DNA of 64,000 nt from positions 1,184,001 through 1,248,000 of the forward strand of contig OZ241329.1 in the NCBI GenBank assembly GCA_965199825.1, read 5' to 3'. Position numbers and translations under genes: made by a program. The DNA comes from Bdellovibrionales bacterium. GTDB taxonomy: Bacteria > Bdellovibrionota > Bdellovibrionia > Bdellovibrionales > UBA1609. Position 1 is the stretch's first letter. The number at the start of each line of letters is the position of its first letter. The notes beneath the pieces are model-generated. The model worked only from the letters and a program-made list of their open reading frames with translations, made no database searches and was not told the origin of the DNA. Below are positions 42,041 to 50,925 of this stretch, piece after piece.

Positions 42041-43408
42041 ATGAAATCCCCAAAAATAATTGTGGCTGGCGCAAGTGGATATATCGGTCGAGCCTTGTTG
42101 CCAAAGCTTCTCGAAAAATTTCCTGATGCCCAGATCACCGCACTTTCTCGCAGTAAACAAAAATCAGATGATCCTCGCATCCAATGGAAGCCCTGCGACT
42201 TATTTTCTATTCATAGCATCGAAGAGGCTTTGCCCGAAAAAGCCGATCTGGCATTTTATTTTGTGCATTCGATGGGTCCGACCGCGCAGTTGGATCAAGG
42301 ATCATTCGCAGATTATGATTTAATCCTAGCCGATAATTTTGCCCGCGCTTTAATTGGGTTACAGATTAAGCATGTGATTTACTTGGGCGGACTCATTCCT
42401 GATAGCGACTCTTTGTCGCTGCATTTAAAAAGTCGTTTGGAAGTTGAAAAAACTTTTGCAAGCTACGAACTGCCTCTCACCGTATTTCGAGCCGCCTTGA
42501 TTTTGGGTGAAGACGGATCGTCGTTTCAAATTTTACTAAAACTTGCAAAACGGTTACCCATCATGGTGTGCCCGAGATGGACAAGACATTTCACAACACC
42601 CATTGATGTGGGAAGCGTGATCTTTGCTATTACCACTTCTGCTCTTGATCCTTCACATTTAGGAAAGGTTTATGATCTCGCCGGGTGTGAGCCTTTGACC
42701 TATATCGAGATGATGCGCCAAACCGCACTGAGGCTAAATAAAAAACGTTGGCTAATTACAGTGCCGTTGGTGTCGCCAAATATTTCGGCGTTGTGGGTGA
42801 GCGTGATTACCAACACCTCTCTCAATTTGGTTTACCCGCTTGTTCAATCTTTGCAGCACGATATGATCGCCAGAAAAAACCATTTGTTCAATCCTGAGTG
42901 GAGTAAACAATCTTACTCTGACCTGTTGGACAAGGCCTCACTCAAAACTCATTCGGGCCCGGCGTTTTTTCAATTTCGGGCCCAAAGAAAAACGGTGCGA
43001 TCGGTGCAGCGTTTACCCTTACCAAAAGGGCGCGATGCCGAGTGGATCAAGGATCAATATTTAAGATGGCTACCGAAATATTTGGCTCCATTTGTACGAG
43101 TGCGATTTGCCGCCGATCAAATTTTGTTCTCACTTTTTACCAAAAAACCGGTGTTGCTCGATTTAAAATATAATCGTTCACGCAGCAGTTCAGAACTCCA
43201 ATTGTTTAATATTGAAAAAGGACTCTTAGTCGCCAAGCACAATCAAGGACGACTCGAATTTCGAGTGGTTCTCAATCGACAGTATGTGATTGCTGCAATC
43301 CATGGATTTAGCCCTTCGTTGCCGTGGTACATTTACCGCAGAACTCAGGCCACGCTGCATCTTTGGGTGATGCGAGCGTTTAGTCGATATTTGCTAAGAT
43401 CTAAATAG
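42041..43408 (+). CDS. NAD(P)-binding atypical SDR protein (YbjT-like)
   Basis: AGASGYIG, YFVHSM, IYLGGL, HLKSRLEVE, C-terminal GRLEFR extension. Confidence 0.82.
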   Translation: MKSPKIIVAGASGYIGRALLPKLLEKFPDAQITALSRSKQKSDDPRIQWKPCDLFSIHSIEEALPEKADLAFYFVHSMGPTAQLDQGSFADYDLILADNFARALIGLQIKHVIYLGGLIPDSDSLSLHLKSRLEVEKTFASYELPLTVFRAALILGEDGSSFQILLKLAKRLPIMVCPRWTRHFTTPIDVGSVIFAITTSALDPSHLGKVYDLAGCEPLTYIEMMRQTALRLNKKRWLITVPLVSPNISALWVSVITNTSLNLVYPLVQSLQHDMIARKNHLFNPEWSKQSYSDLLDKASLKTHSGPAFFQFRAQRKTVRSVQRLPLPKGRDAEWIKDQYLRWLPKYLAPFVRVRFAADQILFSLFTKKPVLLDLKYNRSRSSSELQLFNIEKGLLVAKHNQGRLEFRVVLNRQYVIAAIHGFSPSLPWYIYRRTQATLHLWVMRAFSRYLLRSK

Positions 43409-44972
43409 ATTTTTTAAGATCATTTTCGCGGCATTCTGCGCGCAGTTTGCTATGGCGCGTGCTGTAGGTAAAATAAATCAAAAATCCAACAAGCAGCCAC
43501 ACAAACAATCGGATCCAAGTGTCCAGTGGCAGACCACTCATTACCCAAAGACAAGACACCGCACCAGCGGGTGCAACAAACCAATAAACGGGACAACGAA
43601 ATGGCCGCTCAATATTGGGTTGAGTTCGACGAAGGATTGGAATTCCTGCGCACACCAAAACAAACGCCAACAAAGTTCCGATCGAAACAAGCTCGCCCAC
43701 CAAACTCATCGGCATTGTTCCGGCACAAAGTGCGACAAAGATGCCTGTGACAACCGTGGCAATGTGAGGGGTTCCATATTTTTTATGAACCCGACCAAAT
43801 GCGGGAAGTAACCCATCTTTAGCCATGGCATAAAGCACACGGGTTTGACCCATCATCAAAACCAAAATCACCGAGGTGAGGCCTGCGAGTGCGCCCACTT
43901 TTACGAGTAATGTAAAAACGGTTTGTGCAGCAGGCGTCCAACCATGGAGCGCCACAATGCGATCCACACCAACCGCCATCGGATCGGGCACGCCGAGCTC
44001 TTTATAGGGAACAACTCCGGTTAAAACCAATGCGGTTAAAATATAAAAGCCAGTGCAAATAATAAGTGAAGTTAAAATTCCGATGGGAAGATCGCGCGTG
44101 GGATTTTTTGCTTCTTGCGCAGTCGTCGAAACCGCATCAAATCCGATGTAAGAAAAAAACACCACGCCTGCGCCGGTCAAAACGCCGGGCCAACCAAAAC
44201 TTAAAAAATCATCACCGTTACGTGAGGACATTCCGGGAGGCGGGACTAAGCTCGCAAGACCTGAGACCGCATGATTGGCCCACCAATTATTGGGATCAAT
44301 CACACTCCAGCCCAATACAATAACCGAAACAATGATGGCCACTTTTACCATCACAATAAAATTATTGAAGGTGGCGCTCTCTTTCATTCCGCGAAATAAA
44401 ACCGCGGTTAAAATCAGTGAGATCGCCATTGCTGGAACATTTAAAAGACCACTCACTTCGGCGCCGTTATGAAGTGTGACCGTTTCAAATGGCCCCTTCA
44501 TAAAACGCAAAAATTGATCCGAAAACTCAAAGCCCAAAGTTTTATGCAAGAGAGAATAAAAATATCCCGACCATGAGACCGCAACTGTCACCGAACCAAA
44601 TGCATACTCAAGGACAAGATCCCAACCAATAATCCAGGCCACAAGTTCACCCATGGTGGCATAAGAATAAGAATAGGCCGATCCTGCGACTGGGACCATC
44701 GCCGACATTTCGGCATAGCAAAGGCCCGCAAATGAGCAAAGGACTCCGCCGATCATAAAACTGTAAACGATCCCAGGACCTGCGTAGAAAGCCGCAGCGG
44801 TTCCGGTGAGCGAAAAAATTCCTGCGCCGATGATTGCGCCAATTCCAAGTGAGGTGATGTTTAATGCACTTAAAGTGCGCTTCAGATTTTTTTGGCCATG
44901 TTCAGCCACATTCGGATCTCCAGCGTCATCGATTAAACGCTGCAAATCCTTTTTCATTAGGAGGTGTTTCAT
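43401..44972 (-). CDS. APC-family amino acid permease
   Basis: GIGAIIGAGIF, LCYAEM, GSAYSY, FFSYIGFDAV. Confidence 0.93.
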   Translation of the reverse strand: MKHLLMKKDLQRLIDDAGDPNVAEHGQKNLKRTLSALNITSLGIGAIIGAGIFSLTGTAAAFYAGPGIVYSFMIGGVLCSFAGLCYAEMSAMVPVAGSAYSYSYATMGELVAWIIGWDLVLEYAFGSVTVAVSWSGYFYSLLHKTLGFEFSDQFLRFMKGPFETVTLHNGAEVSGLLNVPAMAISLILTAVLFRGMKESATFNNFIVMVKVAIIVSVIVLGWSVIDPNNWWANHAVSGLASLVPPPGMSSRNGDDFLSFGWPGVLTGAGVVFFSYIGFDAVSTTAQEAKNPTRDLPIGILTSLIICTGFYILTALVLTGVVPYKELGVPDPMAVGVDRIVALHGWTPAAQTVFTLLVKVGALAGLTSVILVLMMGQTRVLYAMAKDGLLPAFGRVHKKYGTPHIATVVTGIFVALCAGTMPMSLVGELVSIGTLLAFVLVCAGIPILRRTQPNIERPFRCPVYWFVAPAGAVSCLWVMSGLPLDTWIRLFVWLLVGFLIYFTYSTRHSKLRAECRENDLKKSI

Positions 44973-45106
44973 CCAATATTGTCTCCTCAGGGATTTCGCC
45001 AGGATTACAGGAACCCGTTCGCTTTATCAAGATGTACCTAAATCGAACTAAAAAACCATTTTTTGGTTTTTACTGCCGAAAGAGTTTGTGCAATGTTGAT
45101 CTCAAA

Positions 45107-45751
45107 ATGAATGCAACAACTCATGACCTCATCCATTTGGTCACAAAACCCGAAATGTATCGAGATGCGCAGTGGGAAAATGATTTTTTAAAAACATTTT
45201 CCCACTGCTCTTTGACCGTTGAACATGATGAACCTCGACCGGGTCCCGACAAATGGCCCTACCTTTTTGTGCGAACAAATAAATCTGCTACTGAAAGTGC
45301 TTCTCAAATCCTAAATTGGCTTTCAGAGCGTGGAATAGGTCTGGTGGTGAACGCCCACAAAGAAATTCCCGATTATGTTTTTACCTACGGAATGGTTTGG
45401 AATTTTCGCGAACGGGGTGAGTTCATCACTCCGCAAGAGTCAGTGCCTGAAGTAGAAATCAATTTTCAAAAAAGCGTTTGGACCATGCCACCTTCAACCG
45501 CTATTTTACCAAACTACGTGCGACACGTTTTGCTCGATTTTTTTAATCGCCAAAACATTACGGCGCCGCGTGTGAATATGATCAGTCAGGACCAAAAGCA
45601 TTTTGATCTTTGTTTTTCGATTGAGTCTTTAGGATCGCCTCCCGAAAGTGAGCATCGAAATGTGGCTGAGGCGATCTCTTGGTTTTTGCCCTCGCACTAT
45701 TCGATTGGGCTAGTGAGTGAGAAAGCAATTCCTAATTTTATGGCGCTATAA
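45107..45751 (+). CDS. Hypothetical protein
   Basis: Probable ATG at 45107 avoids overlap with the permease; GPDKWPY and PDYVFTYG. Confidence 0.65.
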   Translation: MNATTHDLIHLVTKPEMYRDAQWENDFLKTFSHCSLTVEHDEPRPGPDKWPYLFVRTNKSATESASQILNWLSERGIGLVVNAHKEIPDYVFTYGMVWNFRERGEFITPQESVPEVEINFQKSVWTMPPSTAILPNYVRHVLLDFFNRQNITAPRVNMISQDQKHFDLCFSIESLGSPPESEHRNVAEAISWFLPSHYSIGLVSEKAIPNFMAL

Positions 45752-45867
45752 CTTCAGTTCTTATTACGCAGATGCTTTGTCTTCAAGCCAAACACATTCC
45801 TGACTTTTAAAAATACAGCGTCTCATCATACCGTATATAAATAGTTTATTTTCCGGGGGGAAAATTA

Positions 45868-46968
45868 ATGGCAAAGTGGCTCTTTGCTTTTGCTCTCTTA
45901 CATTCTGTGAGTCCTGCTTTTGCAGATCGAGATCCAAGGCAAGTGTCTGTATTCGTCAGCGATTTTGATGGAACATTCGCCAGAAATCTTGCCAATGTGA
46001 AAGTAAAACTCGGGCTTTTTCCCGGCATACCTGGTCTTGGTGTTTATTCAGGCTTACCAAAAATTGTTTATGTGCCCGAACATGACTTTGACGGCAACAC
46101 AGGCGCTCGGATTCGCGACCTGCTTGGTCGCTACAATGGATTAAAATTTATTATCAAAGCCTCAGTCGATGAGATCGAACTGCAAAACGGAAGCACAATA
46201 AGGCCCGGTTATTATTACGTTGATCCAAACGATATGTTTGAAGAATTTTTTTCGACCGAAAATGGTGAGGATGGTCATCTTATCAACAATATCCGGATGA
46301 TGATCACAGGGGGTAAACGGTTTTTGTTGGAAGGATCAGCTTTCGTTGGATCAACATTTTCACAGCAACAATCTGAACTTTTAAAGTTGGTGATTCTTAC
46401 GAAGCGCGGCCATTCGTCGCAAGAAATGCGATATGCCCTAAATTTTCTGAGCAAATATTATGGTTGGGGTGAGGTCGACCATTCCGATTCTTCATATGTT
46501 AATCTCAGTCATCCTGACTTTGCCGAATTTTCGATGAACAAGGAAGTTTATCTACAAGCCCTCTACGACGAGCTTTCACAACGCACCATTAGAAACAAAT
46601 CGACTCCGCATTTTTTGGTTTATTTTGAAAATGATCGCAGTGCGATTTTTGAAGCCCAAAAAAAACTTAAAAATTTGGGTCAGCGGGGATTGTATGCCAA
46701 TCCTGTGGTTCCGGTTTTGATCAACTTGGTTGAACCTGAGGTTTTTAATTCGCCTCATGGTTTGGACTGGGACCGCAGCCGACTACAAACATTCGAGCCG
46801 ATGTGGAGGGTCAACATTTATTGGCCTGAGCGAACAGAGACAACAAATAATCTTGCCAGAGTTTTTGAACTCACTCTGAATTTGTCACCAAAAAAAGCAA
46901 AAGCACACTACCGCGAATATGAAAATACCTCTTGGTGCTGCAACATTTTAGCCAAGGCAAAAAAATGA
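45868..46968 (+). CDS. Exported HAD-superfamily-like protein
   Basis: Signal peptide, DxDGT (SDFDGT), motif II-like LTKRGH, motif IV-like FEND; C-terminal CCNIL. Confidence 0.6.
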   Translation: MAKWLFAFALLHSVSPAFADRDPRQVSVFVSDFDGTFARNLANVKVKLGLFPGIPGLGVYSGLPKIVYVPEHDFDGNTGARIRDLLGRYNGLKFIIKASVDEIELQNGSTIRPGYYYVDPNDMFEEFFSTENGEDGHLINNIRMMITGGKRFLLEGSAFVGSTFSQQQSELLKLVILTKRGHSSQEMRYALNFLSKYYGWGEVDHSDSSYVNLSHPDFAEFSMNKEVYLQALYDELSQRTIRNKSTPHFLVYFENDRSAIFEAQKKLKNLGQRGLYANPVVPVLINLVEPEVFNSPHGLDWDRSRLQTFEPMWRVNIYWPERTETTNNLARVFELTLNLSPKKAKAHYREYENTSWCCNILAKAKK

Positions 46969-48941
46969 TCTTAAGTCTTTTGTTTCTGATTTTCCAAGCG
47001 CAAGCATTACCCACTGACGTTTGCGAACGGGGTCTTGCTCCTAAGATAAGCTCTAAATTATTATTTAAAGTTTTTAAAAATTTAGTCAGCCAAAGAAGAG
47101 AAATTCCCGAATCTTCCCAAGTGGTACTCACAACTTTTGCTCTCGAATTTGGAATGTCGGTAGAAGATGTCGAAAAAAATATTATAGAGAGCTTTGGCGA
47201 TTTTAATTTATTTATCGAGCTCGCCAAATCGGCAAATGCAAATTTTCCGGGAGCAATAGATAGACGAATCTTTACCGAAGATCGAAGAGAAAAACTTTTG
47301 CGTGCAGTTCGCAATTCCTCTGATCTGATCCTTTTTAAATTGGCTGAAAATCAAGATGTCACAAATTGGGAAGAGATTTTTAATTTGAGCGATACACTCA
47401 AAGCCCCCATCATTGTTGCACCCGCATTTTCAGAAATTGGTTTAATCCCCCAAAGGCTGCAAGCCATATTAAATAATCCCCGTGTTCATTTGCTTGTTGA
47501 TCCCACGTTGCAGATTTCAAAAGATTTTTATGTGGTCAACAATGGATCGCCCGATAAAGTGCAAACCCCTTTGACAGGACTCGATGAGGTTTTTGAGCCA
47601 ACAGATCGGGTGCTTTTGTTTCATCCCCGAATCGACACCCAGACCCGTGCCTCGCTCTACTACGATTCGCGCAGAGGATATTTGGAGACAACAGGATCCA
47701 TGAGCTCACCTGCTTATCACTCCATGTTTAATGTTGGGATGACGACTGATTATCGAGCCCAAAGAACTGCCGAGCAAAATAGAAGTCTCACAATTCTATC
47801 TCGAAGATATCAAAACAAAAAGCTGTCTGAAATTTCGGGTTCGGCCCATGGCATGATGGCGCGACGAGTTCATGTGGTCAAAAGTCACTGGGGAAATCCT
47901 GCTGGATTGTTTGATCTCAACAAAATTTATTTTGATCAAGGAGCGGTTGAAATTAAATATCTTCCAGGTATTGTTCTTGGTGATCTGCACTGGGGTGTAA
48001 CCGACCCCGCAAAATTAACCGCATTTTTTAAATTGCTCATCGAGCTCAAAGTGCTCGCAAAAAATCTTAAACACGGCCAGCCTGGACAGCTTGAATACAT
48101 TGCGGGTCCAATTGTCTTGGGACGGCTCGTGCTTCATGACTTGGTTGATGGAATTCCTTTTAATCATCACCTCAAAGATAAATTAATCAGCCGATCGCTG
48201 TTGGATCAAAAAGGCTATTTGGATATTGAAAATCATTTTATTTCGGCCGCCGCATTTGTGACACAACTCAGTCGTCTTTTGCCTAAAACTCAAATCGTGG
48301 TGCCGGTGGACAATCATGGATATGACTGGATCCAATCCACACTCCAATCTGGCATCTTGGACTGCCAGCCCCGTGATTTACCAATTGTCTTAAAATTAAT
48401 GTTAGATGCATCAAAAGGCACCAATCCCTATGAACAGCTTTTGCGATATTATGGAATCGAATCAAATCCTAAGCGTTTTCTATTTTTTAATAATGATGAT
48501 CAAAACCGTATTGCGATCGACGGCACCGAAAACGATTCGACACTGAACGGTGTCGAAATTAGCAAACACGGCAATCAAGGTATCAATGGGGCTAAATCGA
48601 TTTCGATCAAGTCGATGCTTGCGGCCTATGGTGCCAGTGTGAGCGGACATGTTCATACCACAAGTGAGCGAGGCCGCTCCCGTCAAGTGGGCTCGTTGAC
48701 TCCCAATCGTCAGGATTATCACCGCGGTCCCTCAAAAAATGATACGTCTCTTGCACTGATCTACTCCAAAGAGGCGGTGCAAACTTTGAGATTAGAGCGA
48801 AATTCATTTTTGCCTAACGCCAAAGTTCAAGACCCGGATGATTTTTTTGATGAAGGATTTCCAAAATTAACCAAGTGGCCTGAGGGGAAAACCACAGACC
48901 AGTTCCGAACGCATCCTCCGATTCAAAGATTTCCACGATGA
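46965..48941 (+). CDS. Exported calcineurin-like metallophosphoesterase resembling phage T5 A1-type proteins
   Basis: Signal peptide at ATG 46965 (ATGA overlap); GDLH, HDLVDG, DNH, HGNQGING, GHVH motifs. Confidence 0.7.
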   Translation: MILSLLFLIFQAQALPTDVCERGLAPKISSKLLFKVFKNLVSQRREIPESSQVVLTTFALEFGMSVEDVEKNIIESFGDFNLFIELAKSANANFPGAIDRRIFTEDRREKLLRAVRNSSDLILFKLAENQDVTNWEEIFNLSDTLKAPIIVAPAFSEIGLIPQRLQAILNNPRVHLLVDPTLQISKDFYVVNNGSPDKVQTPLTGLDEVFEPTDRVLLFHPRIDTQTRASLYYDSRRGYLETTGSMSSPAYHSMFNVGMTTDYRAQRTAEQNRSLTILSRRYQNKKLSEISGSAHGMMARRVHVVKSHWGNPAGLFDLNKIYFDQGAVEIKYLPGIVLGDLHWGVTDPAKLTAFFKLLIELKVLAKNLKHGQPGQLEYIAGPIVLGRLVLHDLVDGIPFNHHLKDKLISRSLLDQKGYLDIENHFISAAAFVTQLSRLLPKTQIVVPVDNHGYDWIQSTLQSGILDCQPRDLPIVLKLMLDASKGTNPYEQLLRYYGIESNPKRFLFFNNDDQNRIAIDGTENDSTLNGVEISKHGNQGINGAKSISIKSMLAAYGASVSGHVHTTSERGRSRQVGSLTPNRQDYHRGPSKNDTSLALIYSKEAVQTLRLERNSFLPNAKVQDPDDFFDEGFPKLTKWPEGKTTDQFRTHPPIQRFPR

Positions 48942-48977
48942 CTTGTTTTGTTTAGCCTCTGTTGTTAAGCGATTGGG

Positions 48978-50060
48978 ATGCGCATATTTATAATTCTGGT
49001 TTTATTTAGTTTATCCGGTCGAATCAGCTTTGCCGAAGTGACGGCCCGGATCATTTCCGCCAACTCCGACAACAAAACGATGTTCGATCGAATCGAGTAT
49101 TTTATTGTGGTCCAAGATGGCAAAGCGATTTTAAGCAAAGTGCCTTTGCTCAATCTTAAGGGCCAACAGGTTTTTCGAAGTCTGCTTTACGGTACCGAAA
49201 CTCAAAATAAATTTGTGACCGCAATTTATGGGGATGGGCTGAGCTACGGAAACTATTTTGTATTTCCGGTGCGAATGATTAAGGGCGATGTCCAATCAAG
49301 CACATATTATTTGTTTAGTAAATCTGGCCGGTGGCTTGGCGAAATTGTGAGTCGTTTCGATATTAGTAATGATGCCCTTTTGCTAAAAGAGGCAAGTGCG
49401 ACCGGCTCAAAAAAATTGAGTTTTGTTACCAAAAATTCGGGTGAGTTGCCAATAACTCTGGTGAGCTATACTGGAAATCCTATAAAACTCCAAAAAGACG
49501 AATTGACCCATCCCTTACTTACTCCAGTGAGACTTAAAAATGGTTGGATTATTTTTAAGCTCAAAAAGAAAGTGTTTCTTGCGAATCCTGATGGTTCTGT
49601 GATTCGAAAATTGGTGGCTTCGTCAGACGTCCGAAGTCTTCATGACCTTATTGCTGAGCACGCGGATGGCACACAATCTTTTTTTGTTAAGCTTCATAAG
49701 TCTTCGGAGTTTTATTTTACGACCACAAAGCCTTCGGGCTTTGATATGAATCTAGGCCTGTTCGAAGAAAAATTTGTTGGTTCGAAGATTTTGCTTTTTG
49801 CTCAAACCCAATTTGATTACTTGATTGCCGTCTTACAGGGCCAAGAAAAACAGTCATCGAAAGTTGTCACTTTTGATCATGAAGGAAAAGTGATTGATAC
49901 TAAAGCCATTGAGTTTAATATTTCTCAGGCGAAATTTATTAATAATGTGATTTATGTGAATGAGAGTAATGCTTGCGCCGCTTGGCTCTCAAAATCCAAT
50001 GTGGCGTCTGAAAGATTTTTGCTCGATTCACTTGGCAATATTCACAAAATTTATAATTAG
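48978..50060 (+). CDS. Hypothetical exported beta-rich protein
   Basis: Signal peptide; short strand/turn repeats; ACAAWL near the C-terminus. Confidence 0.65.
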   Translation: MRIFIILVLFSLSGRISFAEVTARIISANSDNKTMFDRIEYFIVVQDGKAILSKVPLLNLKGQQVFRSLLYGTETQNKFVTAIYGDGLSYGNYFVFPVRMIKGDVQSSTYYLFSKSGRWLGEIVSRFDISNDALLLKEASATGSKKLSFVTKNSGELPITLVSYTGNPIKLQKDELTHPLLTPVRLKNGWIIFKLKKKVFLANPDGSVIRKLVASSDVRSLHDLIAEHADGTQSFFVKLHKSSEFYFTTTKPSGFDMNLGLFEEKFVGSKILLFAQTQFDYLIAVLQGQEKQSSKVVTFDHEGKVIDTKAIEFNISQAKFINNVIYVNESNACAAWLSKSNVASERFLLDSLGNIHKIYN

Positions 50061-50440
50061 TCCATTTCACCGGGAGCGGGCAAAAGATCGACGAGGCACT
50101 CTCTCCAATACTCAGGCACTTCGCTTGAGAATTCGACCGCAACCTCAAAAATGCCTTTACCGCGGTGGGCGGTGCGGCTGACGCGGCCATCAAGATCCAG
50201 ATTCATATTGGGTAAAAACATCACGACCTGTTGATTGACCAAAGCATCTAAACTTAAAGAGCTTTTGAGATCTTTAGGCACGAGGCTGTGGCGATCAATC
50301 AAGAGGCAAAAACCGGTGCTTGATGCATCGATTATGATACCTTCGTGCGCGATCACAGCGTAGTTCGATAAAGAGGTAAACTCGGTGACCGAGATTTTTT
50401 GGAGCGATTTGCGAGTGGCGGTGCGTGCATTTGCTTTCAT
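50057..50440 (-). CDS. PilZ-domain protein
   Basis: RxxxR (RTATR), DxSxxG (DASSTG), terminal AVEF strand. Confidence 0.8.
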   Translation of the reverse strand: MKANARTATRKSLQKISVTEFTSLSNYAVIAHEGIIIDASSTGFCLLIDRHSLVPKDLKSSLSLDALVNQQVVMFLPNMNLDLDGRVSRTAHRGKGIFEVAVEFSSEVPEYWRECLVDLLPAPGEMD

Positions 50441-50446
50441 ACCTAC

Positions 50447-50473
50447 CTATCGGACGACCTAGCCTTTAGTTAA
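50447..50473 (-). promoter_or_regulatory. Putative sigma28 (FliA) promoter for the PilZ gene
   Basis: Minus strand TTAA-N15-TCCGATAG. Confidence 0.55.
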
Positions 50474-50916
50474 AGAGGGGTCTGATAGATTCCCAAAATA
50501 AGATTGTCTTGCACTTCAACGTAGCCAAGGCCCACAAAATTTTTAATTTCAAAATAAAATTTGTTTTGAGAATTTGTCCACCGAACCACCTCAATCTGAC
50601 TGATGACCTTGAGATTTTGTTGTCGAGCGACCGCTTTAAACGCACTTTCTTTGGCAACCCATAAAGCTTCAAAAAAAGGAGCTAAGTCCATCTCCGAGGG
50701 ACTGCTGATACGAGCCACTAGCGGCCGATGGATTCGCTCAATGGATTCGAGATCTAATCCCACTGCAGAATTTGCGATAATAAAGCCACTGGCAATCGGG
50801 CAATGGGAGACAGAAAAATAAGATCCATCTTTTAAAGATGATTTCAAGCGCTGATGCAGTTTCGCGCGCGCGGTGGGATCGGTTGATTTCAAATCCCTAA
50901 AGATTTGTAGATCCAT
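50470..50916 (-). CDS. 4'-phosphopantetheinyl transferase family protein
   Basis: FSVSH, VGLDLE, WVAKESAFKA. Confidence 0.85.
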   Translation of the reverse strand: MDLQIFRDLKSTDPTARAKLHQRLKSSLKDGSYFSVSHCPIASGFIIANSAVGLDLESIERIHRPLVARISSPSEMDLAPFFEALWVAKESAFKAVARQQNLKVISQIEVVRWTNSQNKFYFEIKNFVGLGYVEVQDNLILGIYQTPL

Positions 50917-50925
50917 GGTTCCACC

